This document shows, piece after piece, positions 8,101-17,752 of a DNA stretch of 26,135 bases (position 1 is the stretch's first letter; the number at the start of each line of letters is the position of its first letter). Made by a program: the position numbers and the translations under genes. Source of the stretch: a virus (Duplodnaviria > Caudoviricetes); the IMG/VR virus record IMGVR_UViG_3300039180_001591, positions 1 to 26,135 of that record, one strand, 5' to 3'. The notes below the pieces were generated by a model that had not been told where the DNA came from, did no database searches, and was given only the letters and a program-made list of their open reading frames with translations.

Positions 8101-8804
8101 ACTAAAGTATATTTATTTGTATAGTCAATTATATCCTGTCTTTTATTGAACATTAAAACATCCAATATCGAAAGCCAAGGAACAAATTCACTGTTATGTT
8201 GTTTATAATTTAAAGGTGGAGATTTAACAAATTTCAAATCTAACCCTTTATTTTTGAAATCTTCAACACTGTATAATTCTTGACCACCTATAGCATTTAC
8301 ATAAGTACTAGCATTAAGATTTTTACATATAGCTATAACTTTGGATTGTGATTTTAATGAATGGTCGATATTCAATGTTGATGATGTTGTTATCTTAGTA
8401 TTAATATTTAAATATGAATTTAATGCCGTTAAACTATCAAGTATAAACTTAAATAGGTTGGTTTCGGTTGTGAGCATACAATCTTGGATAATTGGAAAGA
8501 TAGTATTGAAGTGTGGTGACTTTGAATAGGATGATTTAATTATATTTAACAATTTCATTCTATCCTTCCCCCAACTATCAGCTAAAACCCTATCTCTCAC
8601 ATCTAAATAATCAGAGTCTTTTTTAACAGGTAAAGTGAGGATTTTATCGTTACCGTTTACTAATATTCGATTTCTATTAATCCACCCTTTCTTAGTATAT
8701 TGAATATTATCATAAATAACAAACTCATCTACTGATTTAATTAAGTGAAAATACCCTACATATGGTAGAAAGTAAGGTTGCATTATTGCTACTTTCTTTT
8801 CCAT
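8097..8804 (-). CDS. wbqC: WbqC-family protein
   Basis: AIMQPYFLPYVGYF, FVIYDNIQYTKKGWINRNRI, Y.KSPHF, YVNAIGG, LSILDVLMF are WbqC-family signatures. Confidence 0.9.
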   Translation of the reverse strand: MEKKVAIMQPYFLPYVGYFHLIKSVDEFVIYDNIQYTKKGWINRNRILVNGNDKILTLPVKKDSDYLDVRDRVLADSWGKDRMKLLNIIKSSYSKSPHFNTIFPIIQDCMLTTETNLFKFILDSLTALNSYLNINTKITTSSTLNIDHSLKSQSKVIAICKNLNASTYVNAIGGQELYSVEDFKNKGLDLKFVKSPPLNYKQHNSEFVPWLSILDVLMFNKRQDIIDYTNKYTLV

Positions 8805-8805
8805 A

Positions 8806-9429
8806 TTATTGGTTGAAAATTGGGAATTTTGATAGATCTGGGTATGGCATTTCTTTATCTTCGTTTACAATAGGTTGTTCACCATTCCAAAACTGGCCCA
8901 TAAGTAATAATCCTCTAGTTGCTATTTCAGGCATCATGTAAAAGTTCCACCCCAACATATCAAAGTTGTCATCATGGTATGAACATTCACGTCTACCACT
9001 GTATCTAGCGCGTTTAAACCACATATAAGCGTCATGATCGTCGGTTAATATGGCTCCACCTTTTGATAGTTTAAAATGCTTATAAGGACCTGTAAATGAT
9101 AAACACATATGAGTATTAGGCTTGTACATATCAGTTGTAAATGATAATGCCGCATCCCAAACTTTAGTACCACCTAAATTGTAGGCACCTTTAATGGTTT
9201 TACCCTTGACTTTCCTCCATTTGATTTTTGCCCCAGCATGAATTACTTCACAAGGGACTGATGGGTATGTTCTATTTGGCAATTCAATCTCTAACCCACT
9301 TACCTTTTCATACATTAAACTTAGAAATATAGCATTGCTGGCATTATCTACACAGACCACGTAAGGTGCACCTGTATATTCTCCTAACTTTCTTTCAAAC
9401 TCATTAGTAACATCATAAACATTTTTCAT
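8806..9429 (-). CDS. DegT/DnrJ/EryC1/StrS PLP-dependent sugar aminotransferase, short form (207 aa)
   Basis: EFERKLGEY.G, NASNA, WDAA (PLP Asp), LSFTGPYK (Schiff-base Lys), GGAILTDD, GWNFYM. Confidence 0.8.
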   Translation of the reverse strand: MKNVYDVTNEFERKLGEYTGAPYVVCVDNASNAIFLSLMYEKVSGLEIELPNRTYPSVPCEVIHAGAKIKWRKVKGKTIKGAYNLGGTKVWDAALSFTTDMYKPNTHMCLSFTGPYKHFKLSKGGAILTDDHDAYMWFKRARYSGRRECSYHDDNFDMLGWNFYMMPEIATRGLLLMGQFWNGEQPIVNEDKEMPYPDLSKFPIFNQ

Positions 9430-9435
9430 AACTTT

Positions 9436-10455
9436 TTATTTTTTTGTATAATCATTTTTCCAAAAACTGTAAATTCCTTTATCAACTTCATAATCACCCC
9501 ATATGAATCTATCTCTCATAGGTTGTGACTTTGCCCATTCCCACATTTTAGTTAATCCTTCTTCCAAACTTGTTGAATATTCAAATCCTAAAATATCGAC
9601 TGATTTCTGCCATGTTGGGACTGCTGTGTGTACTTCATGTCTACCTTCTAAATGTACAATTTCCCCCTTACCTACTATTTTTTGTAAGACTTCGGCACAT
9701 TCCAATATTGAATAATCTTCAACACCACCTAAATTAATTATTTGTTTAGATGCTTTTGGTTCTAAATGTGCTTTAAATAAAGGTTCGATAGAATCATCAA
9801 TATAACTAAAGGCTCTACGTTGAGTACCATCTCCAAAAATAGTTATTGGTTGGTCGTTTAATAAGTAATACATCCAAATACCTAACACATTTCTATATTT
9901 ATCCCATATATTTTGCTTAGCACCATATACATTGTGGGGTCTGATGATTGTGTAATCTAACCCGTGTTGTTCGTTTGCAACCTCAATATCTCTCTCACAA
10001 GCCATTTTAGCTATACCATAAGGATCTATTGGGTTACGACCCATATCTTCATGGAAAACACCACCTTCACCGTGACCATATACAGCCATAGTTGATGTAA
10101 ATACCAAACGTTTAATATCATGCATTATGCATTGGTTAACGATTCTAGATGTTGCTACTAAATTATTTTTATAATTATATTCTCTAATAAATGGAGATAA
10201 ACCTTCTGCAGCATAGGCTGCAAAATGGTATACATAATCAATTTTATGTTTTTTAAATATACTATCTAAATCAAAAGTCACAAGGTCTTCTTGATAGAAG
10301 TTAACTTTAGGGTGGATATTATCAACATAACCCCCACTTAGATCATCAATTCCTATTACCTCATATCCAGGTTGATTTTCAATTATCCAATCTGCTAATC
10401 TACTCCCTAATAAACCTGCTACTCCTGTTATTAATACTGTTGTTTTACCACTCAT
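9436..10455 (-). CDS. NAD-dependent nucleotide-sugar epimerase/dehydratase (extended SDR)
   Basis: LITGVAGLLG, IDDLSGG, HFAA, FTSTMAVYG, PYGIAK (YxxxK), RPHNVYG, IFGDGTQRRAFSYIDD. Confidence 0.92.
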   Translation of the reverse strand: MSGKTTVLITGVAGLLGSRLADWIIENQPGYEVIGIDDLSGGYVDNIHPKVNFYQEDLVTFDLDSIFKKHKIDYVYHFAAYAAEGLSPFIREYNYKNNLVATSRIVNQCIMHDIKRLVFTSTMAVYGHGEGGVFHEDMGRNPIDPYGIAKMACERDIEVANEQHGLDYTIIRPHNVYGAKQNIWDKYRNVLGIWMYYLLNDQPITIFGDGTQRRAFSYIDDSIEPLFKAHLEPKASKQIINLGGVEDYSILECAEVLQKIVGKGEIVHLEGRHEVHTAVPTWQKSVDILGFEYSTSLEEGLTKMWEWAKSQPMRDRFIWGDYEVDKGIYSFWKNDYTKK

Positions 10456-10457
10456 CC

Positions 10458-11087
10458 TTATAATGTATTATAGTATTTATTTTGTTTTTCTTGTTTTTCT
10501 ATTGTCTTATCATGACGTAATGCTAATTCAAATTCTTCCATTGGGAGTTGAGCGAATGTTGAATGTCCTGTTATCTGTTCATGTACCTTACCTACCCATT
10601 GAATTTTTGGATCATTTCTATAAATCCTATTCTGGTAGTCCGGGTAATTAACCCAATTCTCATCATTTACTTCCCATCCCCAATTTTTAATATGTTCCCC
10701 AGTTAAATTTGAAACTGTATTTATTCTTGGTACTCTAATTAAATCTACAGGATTACTTTCAATAATTCCTGGAATTACTTCCATCATATACTCTGTAGGC
10801 ATTTCATCAGCATCTATGTTTATAATATAATCACCCTTACATGAATCTCCAAGTAAATTTTTCCATCTACTAAAATCTCCATTAAAGTTTTGTTCTGATA
10901 ATATTATTTTATTGTTGGAACTTAATTTATGTAAAAATCCTAATAGCTCGGATGTTGGTTTGTTTTTTGTTAAATCAACTAACACAACAACTTCATCTTG
11001 GGGTCTTTTGTGATCTAATAAAAAAATAAGTAATCTTTGAATTTCTACAAATTCGTCACATACCGTAACAGCATAACTAATTTTCAT
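10458..11087 (-). CDS. Glycosyltransferase family 2
   Basis: KISYAVTVCDE, VVVLVD, DFSRWKN, IDADE (DxD), PDYQNRIY, WVGKVHE. Confidence 0.88.
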   Translation of the reverse strand: MKISYAVTVCDEFVEIQRLLIFLLDHKRPQDEVVVLVDLTKNKPTSELLGFLHKLSSNNKIILSEQNFNGDFSRWKNLLGDSCKGDYIINIDADEMPTEYMMEVIPGIIESNPVDLIRVPRINTVSNLTGEHIKNWGWEVNDENWVNYPDYQNRIYRNDPKIQWVGKVHEQITGHSTFAQLPMEEFELALRHDKTIEKQEKQNKYYNTL

Positions 11088-11092
11088 ATTTT

Positions 11093-11548
11093 TTATTTTT
11101 CGAATATCCCTATATAATCTAATGCTTCAATATAATCACCTTCACCAAATTCTTTAATGGTAGTCATATCCATTCTCCATTCGTAATATTCATTTTCCTT
11201 ATTTGGTATTGGGTATTTCTTCTTTTCATCTTCTTTAACGGGAACTGCTAGTACACTAGCCCATTTCCAATCACTTCCATTTTTACCATTAGCAAATACC
11301 ATACCTTTTGCGGGTACATTTACTGTGGAAGGCATCCAAATCTTACCTTTTTTATCCTCACCCATTAATTCCTTATATAAGTTTGGTAACAATTCCATTT
11401 GTTCTTCAAAAAATTGTGAACCCTCTACTAACAATGAATTTGTCATAAAACCACACCCATAACATTGGTAGTTTTTAATATCTTGGTTTACTTCTTGAAC
11501 ATAGGCAGCATCCGAGCCACATCTATCACATTCTACTAGGTTATCCAT
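11093..11548 (-). CDS. Hypothetical protein with N-terminal zinc ribbon
   Basis: CDRCG...CYGCG pair; remainder unrecognised; embedded in the glycan locus. Confidence 0.7.
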   Translation of the reverse strand: MDNLVECDRCGSDAAYVQEVNQDIKNYQCYGCGFMTNSLLVEGSQFFEEQMELLPNLYKELMGEDKKGKIWMPSTVNVPAKGMVFANGKNGSDWKWASVLAVPVKEDEKKKYPIPNKENEYYEWRMDMTTIKEFGEGDYIEALDYIGIFEK

Positions 11549-11551
11549 ATT

Positions 11552-12853
11552 TTATATTTTTGTAAGATTTGGTAATTTATTTTTTGTTTTAACCCTTTTA
11601 GGTATACTTAATTCAACCTGTTTTGGTATTTTTACATACTTATCTAAAATATCAAGTAATTGTGTTTGCATACTCCCAAAACTAAATGATTTTTTCAATC
11701 TACCAGCTTGTATTTTACTTTTTTTACTCCAGTCTTTGTAACTTTTTTTAACATCTACTAAAAGGTTACCTAACTGACCGTGGTCAACTGAGAACCATTT
11801 AGAACCTTGAATCAACATATCCTTTTGTTGTGCTGAAGGGTGAATGTCTGTTAATGTGCCACCCATCAAAGCTGTAAATTTACTATCTAGGAAATCTAAT
11901 TGACCCGACCAACCAGATGCTATTATAGGTTTACCTAATAATGCAAATTCTAGTAAAGGCCTTCCAAAACCTTCTCCCTTTGTTGCTGATATCATTGCTT
12001 TAATTTTGGGGTGATTATACATTTCATTCATTTCTTCATTTGATAGATCTCCATGAATTAAATAGATATTAGGTGTGAAGTTGGCACTTATGGATTTTCT
12101 AATAGAGTGAATTCTTCTCATTACTTCTCTCCTATCCATATGTGAACTTTTCCCACAACTTACTTTAAGGATTAGAGCAGGTGCATTATGTTTGTTTTTA
12201 AATACTTCATAAAAAGCTTTAATCATTAAACCAACATTTTTTCTATCCTCACCCATATCTCCCTGTAACCAATGCCCTACAAACAAGTATGCGAAGTTTT
12301 CCTTAATTGAATCAATATTTTTAAATAATGAGTCATTAGTCATTGGAGTTTTTAATGTTTTATAAACATCTAAATCAGCACCTTCAATTAATACTTCAAT
12401 TGGGGTTGTTAATTTTAGCTCTTGTTCTTGGTTTGTTTCTTTATTTTTAACTTGGTATGTAGTTGATTTGAATACGTTTTTTGAATGGTTCGATGATGTT
12501 AAGACCAAATCCATATTATTACAACCTTCAATCCATTGGGGAGCACAAGCTGTAGTTTCAATACCTGCAGTTAATCCTATATTATATTTCCCTACCTTTT
12601 GAAATTCATTAGGTACTGTAACCTGACACCAAATGTCGGGTTGGATTTGTATGTCTGTAGTGATATGCTTTTCTAAAAATCCCCACTCTTTAAAATCACT
12701 TATAAATCCTTTTCTAGTATTCCCCCATCTCTGTGATAGGATTTTTACTTGATATTTATCTGATTCTATGAGGGCTTTAACGAAATCTCTACTACGAGCT
12801 CCGTAACCTGAATATGTGTCTATTGGACAACTTATGTAAAATGTTTCTTTCAT
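11552..12853 (-). CDS. Glycosyltransferase, GT-B fold (GT4-like)
   Basis: SGYG..SR, FVGHW, DRKN, KGEGFGRPLLEF (ExxxxxxxE), PIIASGWSGQLDF. Confidence 0.9.
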   Translation of the reverse strand: MKETFYISCPIDTYSGYGARSRDFVKALIESDKYQVKILSQRWGNTRKGFISDFKEWGFLEKHITTDIQIQPDIWCQVTVPNEFQKVGKYNIGLTAGIETTACAPQWIEGCNNMDLVLTSSNHSKNVFKSTTYQVKNKETNQEQELKLTTPIEVLIEGADLDVYKTLKTPMTNDSLFKNIDSIKENFAYLFVGHWLQGDMGEDRKNVGLMIKAFYEVFKNKHNAPALILKVSCGKSSHMDRREVMRRIHSIRKSISANFTPNIYLIHGDLSNEEMNEMYNHPKIKAMISATKGEGFGRPLLEFALLGKPIIASGWSGQLDFLDSKFTALMGGTLTDIHPSAQQKDMLIQGSKWFSVDHGQLGNLLVDVKKSYKDWSKKSKIQAGRLKKSFSFGSMQTQLLDILDKYVKIPKQVELSIPKRVKTKNKLPNLTKI

Positions 12854-14283
12854 TAATAACTTAATTTATGTTTTAAAACTCTTGTTTCGAAATCGGTATC
12901 CTTTAAAAATACGAATTTTTCTCGGGGGGACCAAGTTGAAAATAATTCTTCCATACCTGATGTAAATATTTTAGCCATCTTCTCGGCAGTAAAACCTGCC
13001 TCATCACCAATAGCCCATTTCCTCCCACTTTCTCCTATTTTCTTTCTATCTGTTGGATTCATGTTGTAAAGTTCTGAAATACGAATTGCAGCATCTTCAG
13101 CATCACACCTATCATCCCAAATGTAGGGTGTAGTTGGTGAACCTACTAATGAAAGTGCTTTTGGGTAAACCGGTAATGCCCATTCTCCATGTGTTTTATA
13201 TGTACCTTTATGGTTAGATGGAATATCTACATCATTAGTGTACCATTTCCCATCTCCATCTTCAAATCTCATTTGATCCTGCATCCCACCAGTTACATTA
13301 GCTATAATAGGTGTCCCTGTAAGTAAGGCTTCAGTTAATGATAAACCCCAACCTTCAGCAGACGATAGTAAAACTACACCATCAGCCATATTATATAAAT
13401 AATTCATATGTTCGTGGTGGAGTTTTTGATTGGAAATCACAATACTCTTCTCATTCTCACCAAATAGATATTCTATCACAGCCATTAAATCCGTACCATG
13501 ATCACTTGTAGGTTCTGTATGAAGTACAAACAAACACTTTTCTTTTTCTTCAGATGATAAATTATCAGTAAACAACTTCCAAGCTAATAAAGCATCAGGT
13601 ATTGATTTCCTTCTAATATTCCTAGAATTAAAGAATAAAATAAATTCTTTTTCGTTATTGTGGGTTATTTGGTTTTTGAATTTTAAATATTCCCCACTAA
13701 TATCATCTATTGGGAAGAATTTTTTATCATCTAAACCATGAGGTACATATTTAATAACCTTACTATCTGCTTTTTTACCTAAAACGATTTTGTTAATTGC
13801 CACCGTTTGTTTTGAAATTCCAAATAAGGCATCACATGATTCATAAAATTCTTCATTATATTGAGGTGCTGGCATATCGTCCCAGATATTAAGATAGGCA
13901 ATTGGGATATTACTCCTAATTTCCTCCTCCATTTGGAATAACCACATAAAATATCTTGGATCCGTTATAAGTAAAATAGCATCGGGTTTTTCAGTCTTGA
14001 TAATTTCTCTCAAAACATTTTCATCCCCATACCCATCTACAGGATACAACTTAACATATGAATCTTCTATATTTCTCTCTTTATTAACCTCTTGGGATAA
14101 GTCTTGAATCTTACCCTTATCTGGGTGTTTTATGGAACCCGCTAACTGTACCCAATTATAATGGCCTACAGTATTCATTACGAGCTCTCTACCTATTTGT
14201 GCAACTCCAGAATGAACACGAATATCATCTGTAAGTAATAGGATTTTCTTCCTATCACTTTGTTTTATGTAACCTTCTTCCAT
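12853..14283 (-). CDS. Glycosyltransferase, GT-B fold (GT4-like)
   Basis: HSGVAQIGRE, YVPHGLD, RNIRRK, YNMADG, AEGWGLSLTEA, PIIANVTGG. Confidence 0.92.
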   Translation of the reverse strand: MEEGYIKQSDRKKILLLTDDIRVHSGVAQIGRELVMNTVGHYNWVQLAGSIKHPDKGKIQDLSQEVNKERNIEDSYVKLYPVDGYGDENVLREIIKTEKPDAILLITDPRYFMWLFQMEEEIRSNIPIAYLNIWDDMPAPQYNEEFYESCDALFGISKQTVAINKIVLGKKADSKVIKYVPHGLDDKKFFPIDDISGEYLKFKNQITHNNEKEFILFFNSRNIRRKSIPDALLAWKLFTDNLSSEEKEKCLFVLHTEPTSDHGTDLMAVIEYLFGENEKSIVISNQKLHHEHMNYLYNMADGVVLLSSAEGWGLSLTEALLTGTPIIANVTGGMQDQMRFEDGDGKWYTNDVDIPSNHKGTYKTHGEWALPVYPKALSLVGSPTTPYIWDDRCDAEDAAIRISELYNMNPTDRKKIGESGRKWAIGDEAGFTAEKMAKIFTSGMEELFSTWSPREKFVFLKDTDFETRVLKHKLSY

Positions 14284-14290
14284 TTATTTT

Positions 14291-14488
14291 TTATTTATTA
14301 ATATCTAAATTTGTTTGACTGTTGATCTGTTTTCTAAAATCTTCATCTGTTAAATATAAAAAAATTGCTCTATCGGATAGTTTTTGGAAACTAAATTTCC
14401 TCTTTACACATTCGATTTTGAAATTTTCAAATAGATTACTTCTTACTTTTACACTTGTTAGTGTCATTTCTGCCTTGTTGTTACTCAT
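14291..14488 (-). CDS. Small putative ribbon-helix-helix DNA-binding protein
   Basis: 65 aa; alternating strand LTSVKV followed by two helices (NLFENFKIECVK, SFQKLSDRAIFLY); first gene of the glycan operon. Confidence 0.5.
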   Translation of the reverse strand: MSNNKAEMTLTSVKVRSNLFENFKIECVKRKFSFQKLSDRAIFLYLTDEDFRKQINSQTNLDINK

Positions 14489-14510
14489 AATTAATTATTT
14501 TTTGTTTGAC

Positions 14511-14518
14511 TATACATA
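14511..14518 (-). promoter_or_regulatory. Class-2 motif TATGTATA
   Basis: Intergenic, 22 nt upstream of ATG 14488. Confidence 0.4.
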
Positions 14519-14528
14519 TATAAAGATA

Positions 14529-15461
14529 TTAGTACGTCGCAGAACATAGGTGAGTTTTGTGGAAAGAGCACCATTTACAAGTATCATTTGGGGTTTCGGG
14601 CATTTCCTTCTCACTAAAACCATCTTTAGTAAAGCAATTATTTAAGAAATCTTGGAGTGATTTTGTTGCTCTATTAACTGATGTTTTACCTGAAGGCGGC
14701 CTAAATTGTTGGATGCGTTTTATTACGAAATCTTGGGATTCATATAATTTTCTCTTAACAATAAAGAATTCTATTTCTATGTTATCTAAAGGAATATTAT
14801 ATTGCTCTGCAAAGAATTTCTTATATAAAACCAGTTGATGTTGTTTGGATTTATCTTTCTTAGCTTTATCATTCCAACCACGTGTAGACGTTTTTATGTC
14901 GATTATAACGAATTTATCTGTATCCTCGTGGTATAACACGACATCCAAGAAGCCCATGTATTTAACGCGAGGTAAACGCAAATTAGGCGCCAATACTATA
15001 GGTATCTCACACCCTACTAACGACCAACCACGTTTTGAAAAATATTTACCTCTATTCTTTTTTAGGTAATTTATAATCTCAATCCCATCATCATAAAACT
15101 CTCTAAGTTGCTCGGGGGTTGAAAAGTGTATTTTTTTATTTTGCTTATAAGAATCAGCATAACAATTCCTTAACCTTTCTTGGAAATCTTCCTCCAAATC
15201 AATTCTATCGGCCTCGGCACCACTTTTATTATACATCACATCTAAATACATCTGTAATGTTTCATGTAGAGCAGTACCAAAAGTCATGTGAATGCTTTGT
15301 TCACGGACTTTATGACCATCTCTATAATTTAATGCCCATTTTTTAGGACATTGAGTATACATTGATAGTTGTGAATATGAAATATTCTTCTCAAACGCGA
15401 AATTAACGGGTGTTGGTGGATTATTTTGTATTTCCTTTACTATTTGTGGTATTTTTCCCAT
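14529..15461 (-). CDS. PD-(D/E)XK nuclease, Cas4/AddB-like with 4 Cys (probable Fe-S)
   Basis: SYSQL...QCP, FGTALHE, GFLDVV, IIDIKT, QLVLY, CKWCSF....C. ATG 15461 preferred (same aaagttATG context as 9429); ATG 15479 is the alternative. Confidence 0.85.
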   Translation of the reverse strand: MGKIPQIVKEIQNNPPTPVNFAFEKNISYSQLSMYTQCPKKWALNYRDGHKVREQSIHMTFGTALHETLQMYLDVMYNKSGAEADRIDLEEDFQERLRNCYADSYKQNKKIHFSTPEQLREFYDDGIEIINYLKKNRGKYFSKRGWSLVGCEIPIVLAPNLRLPRVKYMGFLDVVLYHEDTDKFVIIDIKTSTRGWNDKAKKDKSKQHQLVLYKKFFAEQYNIPLDNIEIEFFIVKRKLYESQDFVIKRIQQFRPPSGKTSVNRATKSLQDFLNNCFTKDGFSEKEMPETPNDTCKWCSFHKTHLCSATY

Positions 15462-15466
15462 AACTT

Positions 15467-15847
15467 TTATTTTTTCCATTTACCCCTCATAACTAACTGA
15501 GCAATAATACCATAGTTAGATATATCGATAAAACTATCGATCATGGGTTCATCATTAACATAACTGTGACCATCTCGTTTTAACATATTTTTCAAACGGT
15601 TAATTTTGTCATTACAACGTAACCAAATACCTGTTAATGAGAGTTGTACATCTTCTTTATCTGTAAGGGTAGAACCTAAAGCAATATTCCCTAACCCATA
15701 ATCCAACATTTTACCTGAAAATAACTCATATTGTTCTTTTTGAATTAATGAAAATTCTTTAGCTAGTTCAGGGTATGTTGTTTCAAATTCTTCAATTGTT
15801 GTTTTTTGAGTTTTAACAATTGCTGTAGTATTTTCTCCTATCTGCAT
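15467..15847 (-). CDS. Nucleotide modification associated domain 1 (Nmad1/DUF1599)-like protein
   Basis: K..DYG..N, GIWLRCNDKINRL, E...DSFIDISNYGII match the family pattern as I recall it. Confidence 0.7.
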   Translation of the reverse strand: MQIGENTTAIVKTQKTTIEEFETTYPELAKEFSLIQKEQYELFSGKMLDYGLGNIALGSTLTDKEDVQLSLTGIWLRCNDKINRLKNMLKRDGHSYVNDEPMIDSFIDISNYGIIAQLVMRGKWKK

Positions 15848-15868
15848 TTTTATGTTTTTATTTACCCC

Positions 15869-15898
15869 AATATACGAACTCTTTGTGGGGGAGCCTAC
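15869..15898 (-). promoter_or_regulatory. Class-1 promoter motif
   Basis: GTAGG-ctcccccacaaagag-TTCGTATATT, 21 nt upstream of ATG 15847. Confidence 0.8.
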
Positions 15899-15914
15899 CT
15901 TTTGAGCATTTATT

Positions 15915-16133
15915 TTATATAACTTCTTTTACAATTAAGTATTTTTCTATGGCAGATAACCTATCGTCTGCTTCTACTAACATTAAAAGTGCTTCTTCAG
16001 CATTTTTATAAAAATCTGTTGTTGAATGGTCACCTATTCCTGCTGGGTGGTTTTCTAACAAATCTAGAGTTAATATTGCTTTTGCTTTATCAGCTAATGC
16101 TGATGTTTTTAACATATTTGTTAAATTACTCAT
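15915..16133 (-). CDS. Hypothetical helical-hairpin phage protein
   Basis: 72 aa; two predicted helices joined by PAGIGDH; ATGA-coupled to the upstream gene. Confidence 0.7.
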   Translation of the reverse strand: MSNLTNMLKTSALADKAKAILTLDLLENHPAGIGDHSTTDFYKNAEEALLMLVEADDRLSAIEKYLIVKEVI

Positions 16134-16567
16134 AATTTTGCCTTTTTAATTATTTTTTTAATTTCTTTTTCTTCAACCCCCATTCCTTCTAAAATGTGTT
16201 TAACATTTTTACCGAGGATATTTATGTAACTATTAGCTTCACTACTAGAACACTCATAATACTTAGAAACATATCCTTCTAACTCTTGATATGTGTTTTT
16301 ATTTTCATTTTTGATATATTTAGACCATGTTTTCTTTCTAGGAATCATTTCCTGGTAGATGGTGTAAATTTGTTTCTTATTTTGGGGACTGATTTTTTGA
16401 ACATAATTTACTATATCAATATAGTCCTTATTCATACTTAACCACTTATGAACCATATAAGAATTCCACTTTTCCCATGAAGATTCTGAGATGGAGTTTG
16501 GATGAGACTTTTTTAAAGTTATCTCATCCAACCACTCAAAAACACTAGAAATTTCTTTCTTAACCAT
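16130..16567 (-). CDS. Clamp loader small subunit (T4 gp62-like)
   Basis: YMVHKWLS, IPRKKTWSKYIK, VSKYYECSSSEANSYINIL resemble gp62; lies just downstream of the RFC-like ATPase. Confidence 0.7.
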   Translation of the reverse strand: MVKKEISSVFEWLDEITLKKSHPNSISESSWEKWNSYMVHKWLSMNKDYIDIVNYVQKISPQNKKQIYTIYQEMIPRKKTWSKYIKNENKNTYQELEGYVSKYYECSSSEANSYINILGKNVKHILEGMGVEEKEIKKIIKKAKL

Positions 16568-16811
16568 TAATCATATGATCTTCGTATTCACTTCTTAAAT
16601 CTGCAGGGATTGTATCTTTTAAGATTTTACCTGAAATCGGGTCGTAAAATACTGGAATTGGCATCACTGCATCTTCCTCTGCTCCCACTACGAATTTTGA
16701 TACTTTACGTAAAATAACTCCTTGTTGGAAAACAACATTTCCTTCTGCTGTTTTTACTACTGTTGTGTTTTTTAAATCCACATTGGGACCTGTTCTTTCT
16801 TGTTGTGACAT
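16560..16811 (-). CDS. Hypothetical protein between the clamp-loader subunits
   Basis: 83 aa ORF whose stop overlaps the gp62-like start; beta-rich pattern, no motif recognised. Confidence 0.75.
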   Translation of the reverse strand: MSQQERTGPNVDLKNTTVVKTAEGNVVFQQGVILRKVSKFVVGAEEDAVMPIPVFYDPISGKILKDTIPADLRSEYEDHMING

Positions 16812-16831
16812 AATTTTTATTTTTGAATTGT

Positions 16832-17746
16832 TTATTTAATTTCTATTAATTTTGCTATTAATGCTGATATGTTTATTTCTTTGTCAATACGGAAATTACT
16901 TTGGTACGAGTATTCATTAAGATAGATGGCAACCATGCCCTCATTTCCTGGGGCAAATACAGTTGAGTTATCATAAAGGTAACGATAAAGTTCTTCAAAG
17001 TCTTGAACATTTGCATTGACGATAATTTGTCTAATTTCTTTCCAATTTGGCTTAGCATCTGATAATTTTTTTACTACTTGATTCATGTAATTAGATGATA
17101 CAAGTATAGATTTGTCTATTACAAGCTTGTTATCTTGAGTTGATAGTTGAATTGTGTTAAGACACTTACGTAGGTCAGGGTAAAACTGGTTTACAATTAT
17201 TGCAATATCCCCCAATTCATACTCTGTATTTTCCTCACCCATAATCCAAGCAATATGCTTTGCAACATCCTTTTTAGTTGGTGGGATGATTTTAAGTACT
17301 TGACAACGGGATTGTAAAGGATCAATAATACGCTCTACATAATTACAAGTCATTATAAACCTAGTAGTCCTTGAAAATGTCTCGATAACATTACGAAGTG
17401 AGGCTTGTGCCTGTATCGTAAGAAAATCTGCCTCATCCAATATTACTACCTTAAGTGGTTTGAAACTTGCTGTACTTGCAAACCCTGATACTTTATCTCT
17501 AATAGTTTCAATCCCCCTCTCATCTGAAGCATTTATGTAAAGGTGATCACAATCAAGTCCCTTAACAATAAGTTTAGCAAGTGTGGTTTTACCAGTACCA
17601 GCCGGACCATAAAATATTAAATTTTGAATATCATTTTGACCTAAATACTGGTTAATTGTGGTTTTGATATGTTCATTACCTACATAATTTTCCAGTTTAA
17701 TGGGTCTGTATTTTTCTACTAAAAGTGAATGTTCTTTCTTTATCAT
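16832..17746 (-). CDS. Clamp loader AAA+ ATPase (T4 gp44/RFC small subunit-like)
   Basis: [15 protein letters not shown] (Walker A), [14 protein letters not shown] (Walker B), AQASLR, LQSRC. Confidence 0.95.
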   Translation of the reverse strand: MIKKEHSLLVEKYRPIKLENYVGNEHIKTTINQYLGQNDIQNLIFYGPAGTGKTTLAKLIVKGLDCDHLYINASDERGIETIRDKVSGFASTASFKPLKVVILDEADFLTIQAQASLRNVIETFSRTTRFIMTCNYVERIIDPLQSRCQVLKIIPPTKKDVAKHIAWIMGEENTEYELGDIAIIVNQFYPDLRKCLNTIQLSTQDNKLVIDKSILVSSNYMNQVVKKLSDAKPNWKEIRQIIVNANVQDFEELYRYLYDNSTVFAPGNEGMVAIYLNEYSYQSNFRIDKEINISALIAKLIEIK

Positions 17747-17752
17747 AACGTC

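Noticed and set aside
14529-15461. CRISPR-Cas system suggested by the Cas4-like gene
   Set aside because: No repeat-spacer array and no cas1, cas2 or effector genes; the dispersed TTCGTATATT copies are single intergenic sites, not an array.
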